Positions 1-9,093 of a stretch of 64,000 bases of DNA are shown here, piece by piece. Each line of letters begins with the position of its first letter. Within the stretch, counting starts at the first letter, position 1. The stretch is from Candidatus Saccharimonadales bacterium (GTDB lineage: Bacteria > Patescibacteriota > UBA1384 > 2-12-FULL-50-11). The position numbers were made by a program, and so were the translations under genes. The DNA lies in contig DATIHX010000003.1 of NCBI GenBank assembly GCA_035480235.1, positions 85,514 through 149,513 of the forward strand, in the 5' to 3' direction. The notes beneath the pieces were generated by a model that saw only the letters and a program-made list of their open reading frames with translations, was not told the DNA's origin and did no database searches.

Positions 1-1
1 T

Positions 2-160
2 TGGTATACGAATTTTACAACGTCGACAGGCTTAGTATTCGTAATATTCGCTAATAAATTTTTCAACTACCAAAAAGGCGATGGCAAAGTTAGAAAAACG
101 GCGGCACAGTACGGCAAATCGGTCGGTATTCCTAAGGATCAACTGGACTGGAAGGAATAG
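2..160 (+). CDS. 3' end of an ORF entering from upstream of the window (function unknown, partial)
   Basis: The frame is open from base 2 to TAG at 158-160 (…NYQKGDGKVRKTAAQYGKSVGIPKDQLDWKE*). It is too short for the ORF track and I recognise no motif. Confidence 0.25.
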   Translation, partial: WYTNFTTSTGLVFVIFANKFFNYQKGDGKVRKTAAQYGKSVGIPKDQLDWKE

Positions 161-224
161 GCGGACGCAATAGGCGTATTACAACCCGTTGAAGCTGAGC
201 CAGTTTTCCCGTACAATAGACCTA

Positions 225-2321
225 ATGTCAAAACTCACTTCGACCACCATCCCCTTTGGCGAAACTGAACTAAAACTCGAAAGCGGCAAAGTTGCGAAAC
301 AAGCTCAGGGTTCTGTTGTTGTTCGCCACGGCGACGCGGTTCTGCTGGTGACGGTCGGTGTCGCCAAAGCCCCCCGTGAAGGGACGGACTTTTTCCCGCT
401 GACGATCGATTACGAGGAGCGGATGTACGCCGCCGGCAAAATTTCCGGCTCGAAATTCATGAAACGCGAAGGCCGCCCGAGCGAAGAAGCGATTCTCAAG
501 AGCCGGATCGTTGACCGCTCAATTCGCCCGATGTTCCCCAAAGGCTTCCGGCGCGACGTCCAAATTATTATTACGACGCTGGTTTACGACGACGTTCACG
601 ACCCAGCCGTGATGGCCGTGGTCGGTGCCTCGGCCGCCTTGATGCAAACCGACGCTCCGTTTGAAGGCCCGATCGCCGCCGCCCGCGTCGGGATGATCGA
701 TGGCAAGCTAATTTTGAACCCAACTCTCCCCCAACTCCAAGAAAGCACGCTCGACCTATTAGCTTCCGGCACCAAAGACAAAATTACGATGATCGAAGTC
801 GGCGCTCAGGAAGTGCCGGAAGAAAAAATGGCCGAAGCGCTGGAGTTTGCCCAGCAGGCGATCGCCAAAATGCTCGAACCGCAAAAAACGTTTATTAACC
901 CGGCTAAAGAAAAGATCGTTTTTGAAGACCCGGAGCATATCACTGAAATTAAAAAATTCGCTGCCAGCGAGCTGGAAAAAATCGCCGCCGAACCAGACAA
1001 GCAAAAACGCGAAGTGCTGACCGAGGCGTTGCTCGCCAAAGCCAATGTTGAGTTTGCCGAAAAATACGAACCGGGGCTTGTTCAAGAAGCGGTGGACGTT
1101 GGCTTTCTAAAGGCTGTCCGCGCCCTGATAATAGACAAAAAACAGCGGCCCGATGGCCGGAAAATGGACGAGATTCGGCCCTTAAGCATGGAAGTCGGCT
1201 ATCTGCCGCGCGTTCACGGCTCGGCCTTATTTAATCGCGGCGAAACCCAAGCCCTAACTGTCGCTACGCTCGGTGGCCCGGCCGAAGAGCAGTGGATCGA
1301 CACGATGGAAGAGTTCGCCAAGAAGCGCTATATCCATCACTATTTCTTCGCCCCGTTCGCCACCGGTGAAGTCAAACGCCTTGGCGGCGGTAACCGCCGC
1401 GAGATCGGCCACGGCGCCTTGGCCGAAAAGGGCTTAGAGCCGATGATCCCCGCTAAAGAAGCCTTTCCTTATACTATACGGCTGGTGACCGAAACGCTCG
1501 GCTCGAATGGCTCCAGCTCGATGGCGGCGACCTGCGGCTCGACGCTCGCCTTAATGGACGCCGGCGTGCCGATTAAAAAACCGGTCGCGGGCATCGCCAT
1601 GGGCTTAGTTTCGGAATCCGACGACAACTATCAAGTCTTAAGCGACCTCCAGGGCCTAGAAGATTTCGCCGGCGAGATGGACTTCAAAATCGCTGGCACG
1701 CGCGACGGCATTACCGCCATCCAGCTCGACGTCAAAAACAAAGGCCTAACCAAAGCGATGATCGCCACCACCTTCGAGATGGCCAAAATCGGCCGAATGT
1801 TTATTTTGGACGAGATGAAAAAAGTCATCGCTGAACCGCGCAAAGAGCTCTCCCCACTCGCCCCGCGGATTTTGACCTGCCACATCGCTCCCGAAAAAAT
1901 TGGTGAACTGATCGGTCCGGGCGGCAAAAACATTAACCAGCTGATTGACGATCACGGCGGCCGGGAAGTTTTGAACATCGATATCGACGACGACGGCACG
2001 GTCTATATTACTTCTGGTGACGCGGCCGCGGCCGAAGCTGTCAAAACCATTGTTGAAAGCATCGGCATCCCGATTGAGGTCGGCACCGAATTTACTGGCC
2101 CGATCACCGACATCGTTAAAGACCGGAATTCCGGCAAAGAAATCGGCGCCATCGTTCAGCTCACCCCCAACAAAGACGGGATGATTCACGTCTCATCGCT
2201 TGGCACCGGCGGCTTCGTCGAACGGGTTTCTGACGTCGTCAAAGTTGGCGATACCGTCACCGTTAAAGTTAAAGACGTCGACGAAGAGCGCGGCCGAATT
2301 TCGCTCACTCGCATTGGCTAA
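225..2321 (+). CDS. pnp: Polyribonucleotide nucleotidyltransferase (PNPase)
   Basis: About 700 aa with two RNase PH-like halves, then KH and S1 regions (…GPGGKNINQL…, …GAIVQLTPNKDGMIHVS…GDTVTVKVKDVDERGRISLT). I prefer the ATG at 225 (MSKLTSTTIPFGE…) over the TTG at 189 because it matches the canonical N-terminus. Confidence 0.95.
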   Translation: MSKLTSTTIPFGETELKLESGKVAKQAQGSVVVRHGDAVLLVTVGVAKAPREGTDFFPLTIDYEERMYAAGKISGSKFMKREGRPSEEAILKSRIVDRSIRPMFPKGFRRDVQIIITTLVYDDVHDPAVMAVVGASAALMQTDAPFEGPIAAARVGMIDGKLILNPTLPQLQESTLDLLASGTKDKITMIEVGAQEVPEEKMAEALEFAQQAIAKMLEPQKTFINPAKEKIVFEDPEHITEIKKFAASELEKIAAEPDKQKREVLTEALLAKANVEFAEKYEPGLVQEAVDVGFLKAVRALIIDKKQRPDGRKMDEIRPLSMEVGYLPRVHGSALFNRGETQALTVATLGGPAEEQWIDTMEEFAKKRYIHHYFFAPFATGEVKRLGGGNRREIGHGALAEKGLEPMIPAKEAFPYTIRLVTETLGSNGSSSMAATCGSTLALMDAGVPIKKPVAGIAMGLVSESDDNYQVLSDLQGLEDFAGEMDFKIAGTRDGITAIQLDVKNKGLTKAMIATTFEMAKIGRMFILDEMKKVIAEPRKELSPLAPRILTCHIAPEKIGELIGPGGKNINQLIDDHGGREVLNIDIDDDGTVYITSGDAAAAEAVKTIVESIGIPIEVGTEFTGPITDIVKDRNSGKEIGAIVQLTPNKDGMIHVSSLGTGGFVERVSDVVKVGDTVTVKVKDVDEERGRISLTRIG

Positions 2322-2323
2322 AG

Positions 2324-2614
2324 TTACTCTTTGCCTGGGTAGCCCCAGCCGTGCATCTGGTAGTAGCCTTGAGAGAGCTCTTCTGGCATCTCGGGGGCAA
2401 TGTACGTGAAACGGGGCACTTTTTTGCCGTTAACAGTGATCATTCCCTGAAACATCTCGAGAGGGCGAACGGTTAACCTGGGGCCCTTTTTCGGCCCCAA
2501 AGGCACATAAACCATAAAACTTTCTTCAGTTTCCGAGTGCCGGGCCACCCCCAAAACCAGCACCATCAGGCCGGTGTAATGCCGGTAAACCCCGGCTAGA
2601 ATGTCTTTACTCAT
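2324..2614 (-). CDS. DUF1653-family small protein
   Basis: The pattern YRHYTG…VLGVARHSETEE.FMVYVPL is typical of DUF1653. It overlaps the truD stop by 8 nt. Confidence 0.6.
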   Translation of the reverse strand: MSKDILAGVYRHYTGLMVLVLGVARHSETEESFMVYVPLGPKKGPRLTVRPLEMFQGMITVNGKKVPRFTYIAPEMPEELSQGYYQMHGWGYPGKE

Positions 2615-4019
2615 CGCCGACCTCTAAATCCTCCAGCGAGGCTTTGGGAAAAGCCTCTTCGGTTTCGCTAATTGGCGGATAGCCGATGCGTTTCCGGGTA
2701 TCAACGACATTCTGGTTAACCCAATCTGGCACCGGCCGGCCCTGGTAGAGCTGGAAAAGCTCGGCCAAAAAAGTCGTGGCGTAGGCGCCTTTGGTTAAGT
2801 CGAAGTGGAAGATCACTCCCTCATCGACGGCGGTAACCGAATGAACCGTCACCGGCACGCGGGTCGGCACACGGCGCGGTCGGGTATCGCCCAGGAACTT
2901 TAGTAAGGGATGGCGCCAGCGGAGCTCGCCCAACTTTTCGTTTGGCAGATAGTGCTCGTACCAACCAACGCAGGTTGGGTCGAGCTGAGGAATGGTTTCG
3001 TCGATCTGCCCTTTGGCGAGCTGGGCCGACAAAACCGAATTAAAACAATAACTGCCGTAAGCATTAACGGCGAATTTAATTTGATCACCAACCGCTTCCA
3101 GCGCGCCAATGAGGTTGCCCGGTTCTTGGACTAAGACGGCCAGCGCTTTCAGTTCGTTTTGGAAAAAATACGGAAACGCCGAAAACTGCTCGACCATCGC
3201 CGGCCAATCGCCCCAACTAGCGGCGGCTTGGAGGCGATTTTTTTGCAAGGCTCGGCCTTCATGGGGGCTGGCGCCAACTAGCCAAAGCTTAAAAGCCTCG
3301 TCGTACTGACTTTGCAAGATAAACTTCCCGACGTGGTGGGTGAGGAGCCGACTGCCGAAGCGTTGGAGCGAGAAGAAATTAAAAAAGCCCCGATTTTTGA
3401 TTTCGTCCAAGCGGGTTTGCAGGATTTCGTTATTCAGCTCACCGGTCCGGACCAGAATCGTAAAACGGTTGCCGAAAAGTTCACCAATGTTACGCATCCC
3501 TACCCGGTAGTGGGCGTTTTTAATAAATAAATTGGGGATCGAAACTCCCTCCAGCTGTTCGCGGGTGATGCTGTTAACTGATACGCGCTGAGCGGTAATG
3601 GCTTTGCCGTCTTTGAGGCCGCCGTAGGTAATTTGGTTCATCGGCAAATTCAGCGCTTCGGCCAAGCGTTCCAGGGCTTCAAAGGTGCTGAAGCCCTGCT
3701 TGACCAGCTCCACTTCCAGTCGGAGCCTCTTTTCCGGGTCGGTAGGGGCAGGGGCGTCCCAATCTGGTTGACCGAGTGGCCCGGCTTCGACACTGGCGAT
3801 CGCCCCTTTTTCGGTGATTTCTTCAACGATAAAGTCCGAATAATGTAATTTGATGTAACCGTTGCCGGCGGTGATCGGCTGTTGAATAATGCCGATTTTT
3901 TTTAGAAATTCCGGTGTAAATTGCGCCGGCTGCTCAGCCTCGCCAAGGCTAGGATCTTGCTCGGTTAGGGCTTTCAGTTTTGCGCCATCTCGTAAACGGT
4001 CGTGGTAGCTAGCAGCCAT
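2607..4019 (-). CDS. truD: tRNA pseudouridine synthase, TruD/Pus7 family
   Basis: TruD motifs are present: catalytic YGGLKDGKAITAQ (GxKD), FTILVR, NFFSLQRFG, and C-terminal LTKGAYATTFLAEL. Confidence 0.8.
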   Translation of the reverse strand: MAASYHDRLRDGAKLKALTEQDPSLGEAEQPAQFTPEFLKKIGIIQQPITAGNGYIKLHYSDFIVEEITEKGAIASVEAGPLGQPDWDAPAPTDPEKRLRLEVELVKQGFSTFEALERLAEALNLPMNQITYGGLKDGKAITAQRVSVNSITREQLEGVSIPNLFIKNAHYRVGMRNIGELFGNRFTILVRTGELNNEILQTRLDEIKNRGFFNFFSLQRFGSRLLTHHVGKFILQSQYDEAFKLWLVGASPHEGRALQKNRLQAAASWGDWPAMVEQFSAFPYFFQNELKALAVLVQEPGNLIGALEAVGDQIKFAVNAYGSYCFNSVLSAQLAKGQIDETIPQLDPTCVGWYEHYLPNEKLGELRWRHPLLKFLGDTRPRRVPTRVPVTVHSVTAVDEGVIFHFDLTKGAYATTFLAELFQLYQGRPVPDWVNQNVVDTRKRIGYPPISETEEAFPKASLEDLEVGDE

Positions 4020-4140
4020 ATTGAGTAAATTCTACCAGGTTATTGAGTTATCCCCCAACCTGTTAACAGAAGCGTGTGTATACTGCTGCTCCAACACACC
4101 CTTTCTCGAGTGCATTAGCTCGCCAAACCCGTTGGGGCTA

Positions 4141-4178
4141 TTTTTGGTATGAAAAGGGCCCGCCTTTGTGGGCGGGCC
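4141..4178 (-). terminator. Rho-independent terminator of the 4206..4901 gene
   Basis: GGCCCGCC/GGCGGGCC stem (4157-4164 / 4171-4178), followed on the minus strand by CTTTTC…AAAAA. Confidence 0.6.
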
Positions 4179-4205
4179 GGAGTGGGGAGTTGGATTGGAT
4201 CGGTG

Positions 4206-4901
4206 TTAATCGATTGAAAATCCGAGAGATTGCAGGTCGAGGAGCGGGATCGCCGCAATACCCTTCTTGTGAAGGATTGGCAGCTTAACACGTCGAGCAT
4301 TTTTCAGAGATGCCTGGTCCCAGGTGCTGAGCACCAAGTTGCAGCGCCACCAACCACCCTCATCGTTGTCGGGATTTACCCAAAGGTAGATACCAACCAG
4401 AGTATTGTGAGGCAGGCTAACGAGCCCGTTTATCACGGCATCGACGTCCATCGCGCCTTCCCGTTTCGAGTCGAGCGGCTTGTAACGCAGCTCGATTTTC
4501 TTCTTCCATTTCGGAGATGCGCCTTGGGGGGCGTTGTTGATGGCGATGTAGGTGGCCGATTCGTACAGGCCGAAGAGGTCTCTCAACTCGCCAACCGTAA
4601 CGGCGCCACCAGCCAGCTCTTCAATCTGAAAGCCTTCGTCGTGAATTGCCACTCCGCCTTTCGTCATCCGGGCATAGGCTGATGGCTTTGTTCCTTCCGC
4701 GGATTTAACGCGAGTGATCTCTGACCGATCCTTTTCCTGAGGAGCGAACAGTGGGAAGGGCGAGGACATCTGTCCGAGACAGCGTGGGATGTCGCACACA
4801 GTAATAAGAGACACTGGTACGATCTTGTTTTCGGCGAAGAATTGGGAAGCGTTTTGAGACGCATTGTTGGTTTGAATACCGGCCATAAGGCTACTGTTCA
4901 T
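4206..4901 (-). CDS. Hypothetical protein (231 aa, orphan)
   Basis: Long ORF with GGAGGAG 7 nt upstream of the ATG. No recognisable motif. Confidence 0.6.
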   Translation of the reverse strand: MNSSLMAGIQTNNASQNASQFFAENKIVPVSLITVCDIPRCLGQMSSPFPLFAPQEKDRSEITRVKSAEGTKPSAYARMTKGGVAIHDEGFQIEELAGGAVTVGELRDLFGLYESATYIAINNAPQGASPKWKKKIELRYKPLDSKREGAMDVDAVINGLVSLPHNTLVGIYLWVNPDNDEGGWWRCNLVLSTWDQASLKNARRVKLPILHKKGIAAIPLLDLQSLGFSID

Positions 4902-5038
4902 GAATTTCTCCTCCGGGGGCTGCCCGGACCTTGATGTTAAGGTGCTGTCACTATAGCAGCTTTCTCGAGAAATGTCAAGGGTTTTGCGAGCTAAAATATG
5001 GCGGCAAATTGGACGCGGTGATATACCAAAAGTAACGA

Positions 5039-5641
5039 ATGACTAAAGAAGAGGCCCTCAAGCTGGTGGCCCAGCGAATCGCTGAGTGCGAAGCCTGCAA
5101 ATTTTACCCCGGCCAAAATCCAGTCCCAGGCGAAGGCAACCCGGAGGCCGAGATTATGTTTATCGGTGAAGCGCCCGGCAAAAAAGAGAACGAGACCGGC
5201 CGGCCGTTTGTGGGCGCTGCCGGGAAATTTTTGGCCGAGATGCTCAACTCGATCGGCCTGGAGCGCCAAGACGTTTTTATCGCTAACACTTTAAAGTATC
5301 AGCCGCCGGAAAACCGCGATCCGTTGCCCGAAGAAATCGAATACCAAAAACCGTTTTTAATGAAGCAAATCGCCATTATTCGGCCGAAAATAATTTGTTT
5401 TCTGGGCCGTCACGCGCTGGCCGCCGTGATGCCCGACGAAAAGCGCACGATTTCCCAGCTTCATGGCCAGTTACTTGAGGGCCCTTCGACTCGCGAAGGC
5501 TCGCTCAGGGTAAACCAGCACTATTTGCCGCTCTACCACCCAGCAGCAGCCCTCTATAACGGCGGTATGCGGGCCACCCTCCTCGCCGACTTCGCCAAAA
5601 TCCCGGAAATAATGGATAAGATTACGACCAAGAGCACTTGA
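5039..5641 (+). CDS. Uracil-DNA glycosylase, family 4
   Basis: CEACKF…GEGNPEAEIMFIGEAPGKKENETGRPFVGAAGKFL is the family-4 UDG signature (GEAPG … F.G.aG). Confidence 0.85.
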   Translation: MTKEEALKLVAQRIAECEACKFYPGQNPVPGEGNPEAEIMFIGEAPGKKENETGRPFVGAAGKFLAEMLNSIGLERQDVFIANTLKYQPPENRDPLPEEIEYQKPFLMKQIAIIRPKIICFLGRHALAAVMPDEKRTISQLHGQLLEGPSTREGSLRVNQHYLPLYHPAAALYNGGMRATLLADFAKIPEIMDKITTKST

Positions 5642-5757
5642 TTGCTCTTGGGATTAGAGTAGAATTACGGAGTAATTCCTGACCCGTATAGGCAGGTCGT
5701 CGCTTATGCGATAAGGGCCTAGTTCTTGCCTGAATGAACTTGTACATAGGAGGCCGT

Positions 5758-6060
5758 ATGGCAACCAAAGCACCTGAGAAGACGACTCGCAATATAATCA
5801 ATGGTCCCGGAGAACAGGATCTGTCACTTTCCTTCTTTCGAAGGCAAGACGTCAAGTTCGTCATTCATCTAGCAGTAGAGAATGTCAAGGCCGAAGTAAC
5901 CGTGGTCATTGATTCGCTAAAACGGGTAGCGGGCAATCCTCTCCCTTGGATTGAGTTTGAAGCCATCTGGAAGGTCGGTGGCGCCAACCAAGTCGTGACA
6001 GGTACATATTTGTATACGGGTCGACACGGAACGATGACCTTCTCTTCACCTCCAGACTGA
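5758..6060 (+). CDS. Hypothetical small protein (100 aa)
   Basis: AGGAGG lies 5 nt upstream of the ATG at 5758, and the gene is followed by a canonical terminator. No motif recognised. Confidence 0.5.
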   Translation: MATKAPEKTTRNIINGPGEQDLSLSFFRRQDVKFVIHLAVENVKAEVTVVIDSLKRVAGNPLPWIEFEAIWKVGGANQVVTGTYLYTGRHGTMTFSSPPD

Positions 6061-6068
6061 GCTTTCCG

Positions 6069-6092
6069 GGCCGCGCGTTAGCGCGGCCTTTT
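6069..6092 (+). terminator. Rho-independent terminator
   Basis: GGCCGCGC-gtta-GCGCGGCC followed by TTTT. Confidence 0.8.
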
Positions 6093-6099
6093 AATATAA

Positions 6100-6335
6100 A
6101 TAGTTCCTAAAACCGGAGGAGGAGGAGCGGCGAGTGAGCGAGCGTGCACGTCATTTAAGTCCAGAAAATACCAATAGGCAGTGCCAGTTGCCGGTTGACA
6201 GCCGGAGGTTTTCTCCACTTCTCAAAGAGAAGCGTGCCGGGGTACGGGGGTTTGGGGGCCTAGGGGGCGGCGTCGCAATAAGCCCCCTGGCCCCCAAGCG
6301 AACAGCGGCTCAGCCGCTGAAATTATATTCAAGAA
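6100..6335 (+). ncRNA. Candidate structured RNA of unknown class (strand uncertain)
   Basis: ORF-poor 400-nt gap containing four consecutive stable hairpins: 6191-6205, 6218-6232, 6254-6295 (14 bp, one bulge) and 6303-6319. No class-defining motif is confirmed. Confidence 0.3.
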
Positions 6336-6459
6336 CAAACTTCCCAATTGACAATCACTAACTTTTCTGTCATAGTTAACTCACTAATCGCTGCTGATTG
6401 AACTCCCCCTTGAGTCAGCCGCATCAGTATTACAAGAAATTCAGAAAGGAAATTTATCC

Positions 6460-8679
6460 GTGACAAACACAGAAACCCCTGAGCCCTTAAACTCGGCTCC
6501 CAACCCAAAGATTGCTAAAGAAGCAATTGACATTAGCGACGCTGGCTCGGTTTTAAAACCGGTTTTTCAACCTAGGGCCGATCGGCCCGCCCGCGGCCCA
6601 CGTAACCGAAATAACCGACCAAAGTACCGGATGGGCCAGCGCGAGAACGTTTACAACACACCCAAAGACCAGCCGCTCGATATGACACTAACCAAACTAG
6701 CTGGCGGTGAAGCGGGAGTACCGCAAAGAAAATCCGAATATCGAAATCCGAAATCCGAACAACCCACCACACAGTCGCACCAAAGTAACCAAAACCGTCG
6801 GCCTGCTGGACCACCGCGCCATTACGGCGCCCCACCGACTCGCGAACAAGCGGTCGGCCAAGACGTCACCGACACCGAAAAGGCCGTCGACGCCGCTGGC
6901 TCAGCTCGGCCCAAACGCGCCGGTGGCCGGCCGCGTTCGCGTCGCGCCCAACGGCCAACCCCGTTCAAACCGCTGACTACCGCCGGCGAAAACCGCGTTA
7001 TCTCGAGCGCCAACCGCAACACCCTGCGGATTATTCCGCTGGGCGGCTCTGGCGAAACCGGCGACAAAAACATGCTGGTTTTCGAGTACAACAACGACAT
7101 TATCGTCGTTGACGCCGGCATCAAATTCCCGGGCCCAGACATGCCGGGCATCGACTACGTCATCTGCGACACTACTTATTTAGAAGAAAACAAAGCCAAG
7201 ATTAAGGCCTGGATTATTACCCACGGCCACGAAGACCATATCGGCGGCATGCCGTTTATTTGGCCGAAATTCCCGGTACCAATTTACACCGCCCCGCTAA
7301 CGGCCGGCTTTATTAAAGCTAAGTTCGAAGAGCACGGTATTCAGAACGCCGAGTTCCGGATTATTCTGCCCGGCGACCGGGTGCAAATCGGCGAATTTTT
7401 GATCGAGCCGGTTCAGATGACCCACTCGATTCCCGATATTTTGGGGATTGCCTTCACCACCCCAGCGGGGTTGGTTTACCACGCTACCGACTGGAAAGTC
7501 GACCTAACGCCGGCCTTCGGCAAACCAACCGATTTTGACAAGCTGGCCGAACTTTCTAAGCGTGGCGTGCTGGCGATGCTGTCGGACTCCACCGGTGTCT
7601 TGGTGCCCGGCCATACCTTGAGCGAAACGGTCGTCAGCCAAACCCTGGAAGACATTCTGGCCGGCCTCAAGGGCCGCGCCATCGTCACTAGCTTTGCTTC
7701 CCGGATCGACCGAATCCAGCACGTCATCGCCGCTTGTGCCAAAACCGGCCGCAAACTCTTTTTGGCCGGCCGGAGCATGGAGCGCAACGTCAATATCGCC
7801 ATGGAACTGGGTTATTTGAAAGTACCGCAAGGCATCTTAGGCGATATCCGCCAAATTAACAGCCTCCCCGACGACAAAATTGTGGTGATGAGTACCGGCT
7901 CGCAGGGCGAAGAAGGCTCGGCCTTAACCCGGATGGCCTCTGGCGAACACCGCCACGTTCGGATTAAGCCCGGCGATACCGTGGTCCTCTCCAGCTCGAC
8001 CGTCCCGGGCAATGAGAAGGCCGTTGAATTAAGTATCAATAACCTCTACCGGGCCGGTGCCGAAGTCATCACCAAAGCCGAGCTCGACGTTCACTCCACC
8101 GGCCACGGCTCCCGCGAAGAAATTAAACACGTGCTCGACATTGTTAAACCGAAATACCTCATCCCAATTCACGGCGACTACCGCCGCTTTGTAGAGATGC
8201 GCAAATTAGCCGGCGAGCTGGGCATCGCTTCAGACAATGTGCTGATTATCGAAAACGGCCAAGTCATTGAGTTCGCCGCTGGGGCGGGTGTTGGCAAAGT
8301 AACCGATGAAAAAGTGCCGGTCGGCCAAGTGTTGATCGATGGTTCTGGCGTCGGCGACGTTGGCGAGATTGTTTTGCGCGACCGCCAAACCATGGCCAAA
8401 GACGGCGTCTTCTTGGTGATTCTGACGGTCAACCGCAAAACTGGCCAGCTGGTTAGCTCGCCGGACGTCATCTCCCGCGGGTTTGTCTATATGAAAGAAT
8501 CCGAAGAACTGATCGCCGGGGCCCGGGCCTTAGCCAAACGCCTCCACGGCCAAATGACGGCTCGCCGTGGCGTCCGTTGGGACGAATTCAAAAAAGCTTT
8601 GCGCGACGACATTGGCGAGTATCTCTTCCAGAAGACCGAGCGCCAACCCATGGTCATTAGTGCTGTCATCCAAGTCTGA
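6460..8679 (+). CDS. rnj: Ribonuclease J (metallo-beta-lactamase/beta-CASP) with a roughly 187-aa basic low-complexity N-terminal extension
   Basis: LRIIPLGGSGETGDKNM…, the HGHEDHIGG motif, and …HSTGHGSREE… match RNase J. GTG start. Residues 1-187 are rich in R/P/Q/N. Confidence 0.9.
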   Translation: MTNTETPEPLNSAPNPKIAKEAIDISDAGSVLKPVFQPRADRPARGPRNRNNRPKYRMGQRENVYNTPKDQPLDMTLTKLAGGEAGVPQRKSEYRNPKSEQPTTQSHQSNQNRRPAGPPRHYGAPPTREQAVGQDVTDTEKAVDAAGSARPKRAGGRPRSRRAQRPTPFKPLTTAGENRVISSANRNTLRIIPLGGSGETGDKNMLVFEYNNDIIVVDAGIKFPGPDMPGIDYVICDTTYLEENKAKIKAWIITHGHEDHIGGMPFIWPKFPVPIYTAPLTAGFIKAKFEEHGIQNAEFRIILPGDRVQIGEFLIEPVQMTHSIPDILGIAFTTPAGLVYHATDWKVDLTPAFGKPTDFDKLAELSKRGVLAMLSDSTGVLVPGHTLSETVVSQTLEDILAGLKGRAIVTSFASRIDRIQHVIAACAKTGRKLFLAGRSMERNVNIAMELGYLKVPQGILGDIRQINSLPDDKIVVMSTGSQGEEGSALTRMASGEHRHVRIKPGDTVVLSSSTVPGNEKAVELSINNLYRAGAEVITKAELDVHSTGHGSREEIKHVLDIVKPKYLIPIHGDYRRFVEMRKLAGELGIASDNVLIIENGQVIEFAAGAGVGKVTDEKVPVGQVLIDGSGVGDVGEIVLRDRQTMAKDGVFLVILTVNRKTGQLVSSPDVISRGFVYMKESEELIAGARALAKRLHGQMTARRGVRWDEFKKALRDDIGEYLFQKTERQPMVISAVIQV

Positions 8680-8685
8680 GAATAT

Positions 8686-8722
8686 AAAAAAGCCCAGCTC
8701 CAGTTTTTTAAGCTGGGCTGGG
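8686..8722. terminator. Hairpin terminator, copy 1 of a duplicated 35-nt unit
   Basis: AGCCCAGCT-ccagtttttta-AGCTGGGCT lies between the convergent rnj and 8737..9021 genes, with a T-run on the minus strand. Confidence 0.65.
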
Positions 8723-8736
8723 TTGGGTGACGGGCG

Positions 8737-9021
8737 CTACTCAATGTACGGATCGGTGTTCAAGATGGCCCGTGAAAGATTCTCGATCGAATCCAGCCCA
8801 TACTTGCCAGCGAGGGTGAAGAGCTGCTTCTCCAACTGGTCGCGCTGATCTTCCAAGTCGCGGCTGTTGTCGCCGGCCTTGAAGATTTGCCTTAGCCGCT
8901 CATCTTCTTGTAACAGTTCAGCTGCCGCATTGGCGTCGCGACTTCGTTCGTCAAATTTGACGTAGCCGACGGGGGGGATTGAAGGCGGTGTCGCCGGAAC
9001 AGAAGACTGAAACTCTGCCAT
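8737..9021 (-). CDS. Hypothetical small acidic protein (94 aa)
   Basis: GGAGGA lies 5 nt upstream of the ATG (MAEFQSS…). The gene is flanked by the duplicated hairpin. Confidence 0.5.
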   Translation of the reverse strand: MAEFQSSVPATPPSIPPVGYVKFDERSRDANAAAELLQEDERLRQIFKAGDNSRDLEDQRDQLEKQLFTLAGKYGLDSIENLSRAILNTDPYIE

Positions 9022-9093
9022 AATTTCCTCCAGGAACAAACAGTAAAAAAAGCTTAACAAAATACTGATGAACAGTCAAGGGTCAGGTAAAGA

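Noticed and set aside
596-2189. Antisense ORFs inside pnp (596..781, 759..1085, 806..1045, 1631..1933, 1746..2189). Similar long antisense ORFs occur inside rnj, ftsK, recA, ppsA, 35543..36061, 25155..25568, 38794..39348 and 61581..62126.
   Set aside because: They lie opposite genes with unambiguous conserved motifs and translate to Arg/Gly/Ala/Phe-rich low-complexity sequence. This is typical of shadow frames in G+C-rich codon-biased genes.
6150-6330. RNase P RNA: AAGTCC…ATAGGCAGTGCCAG resembles the P4/P5-P8 region (GGAAAGUCC…AUAGGGCAGGGUGCCAGG) of bacterial RNase P RNA.
   Set aside because: I could not find the complementary P4 3' strand (expected CTGG-CTT-like, paired to AAGTCCAG), nor the conserved GGUAAGAGCGCACC or ACAGAAC elements. 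The region is also too short for a type A RNA. I kept it only as a candidate ncRNA of unknown class, and a covariance-model scan is needed.
6134-6361. 75-aa ORF (GTG start) in the rnj upstream spacer.
   Set aside because: The ORF is Arg/Gly/Pro-rich and has no SD. It lies entirely within strong G/C hairpins, so it is more likely a non-coding structured region.
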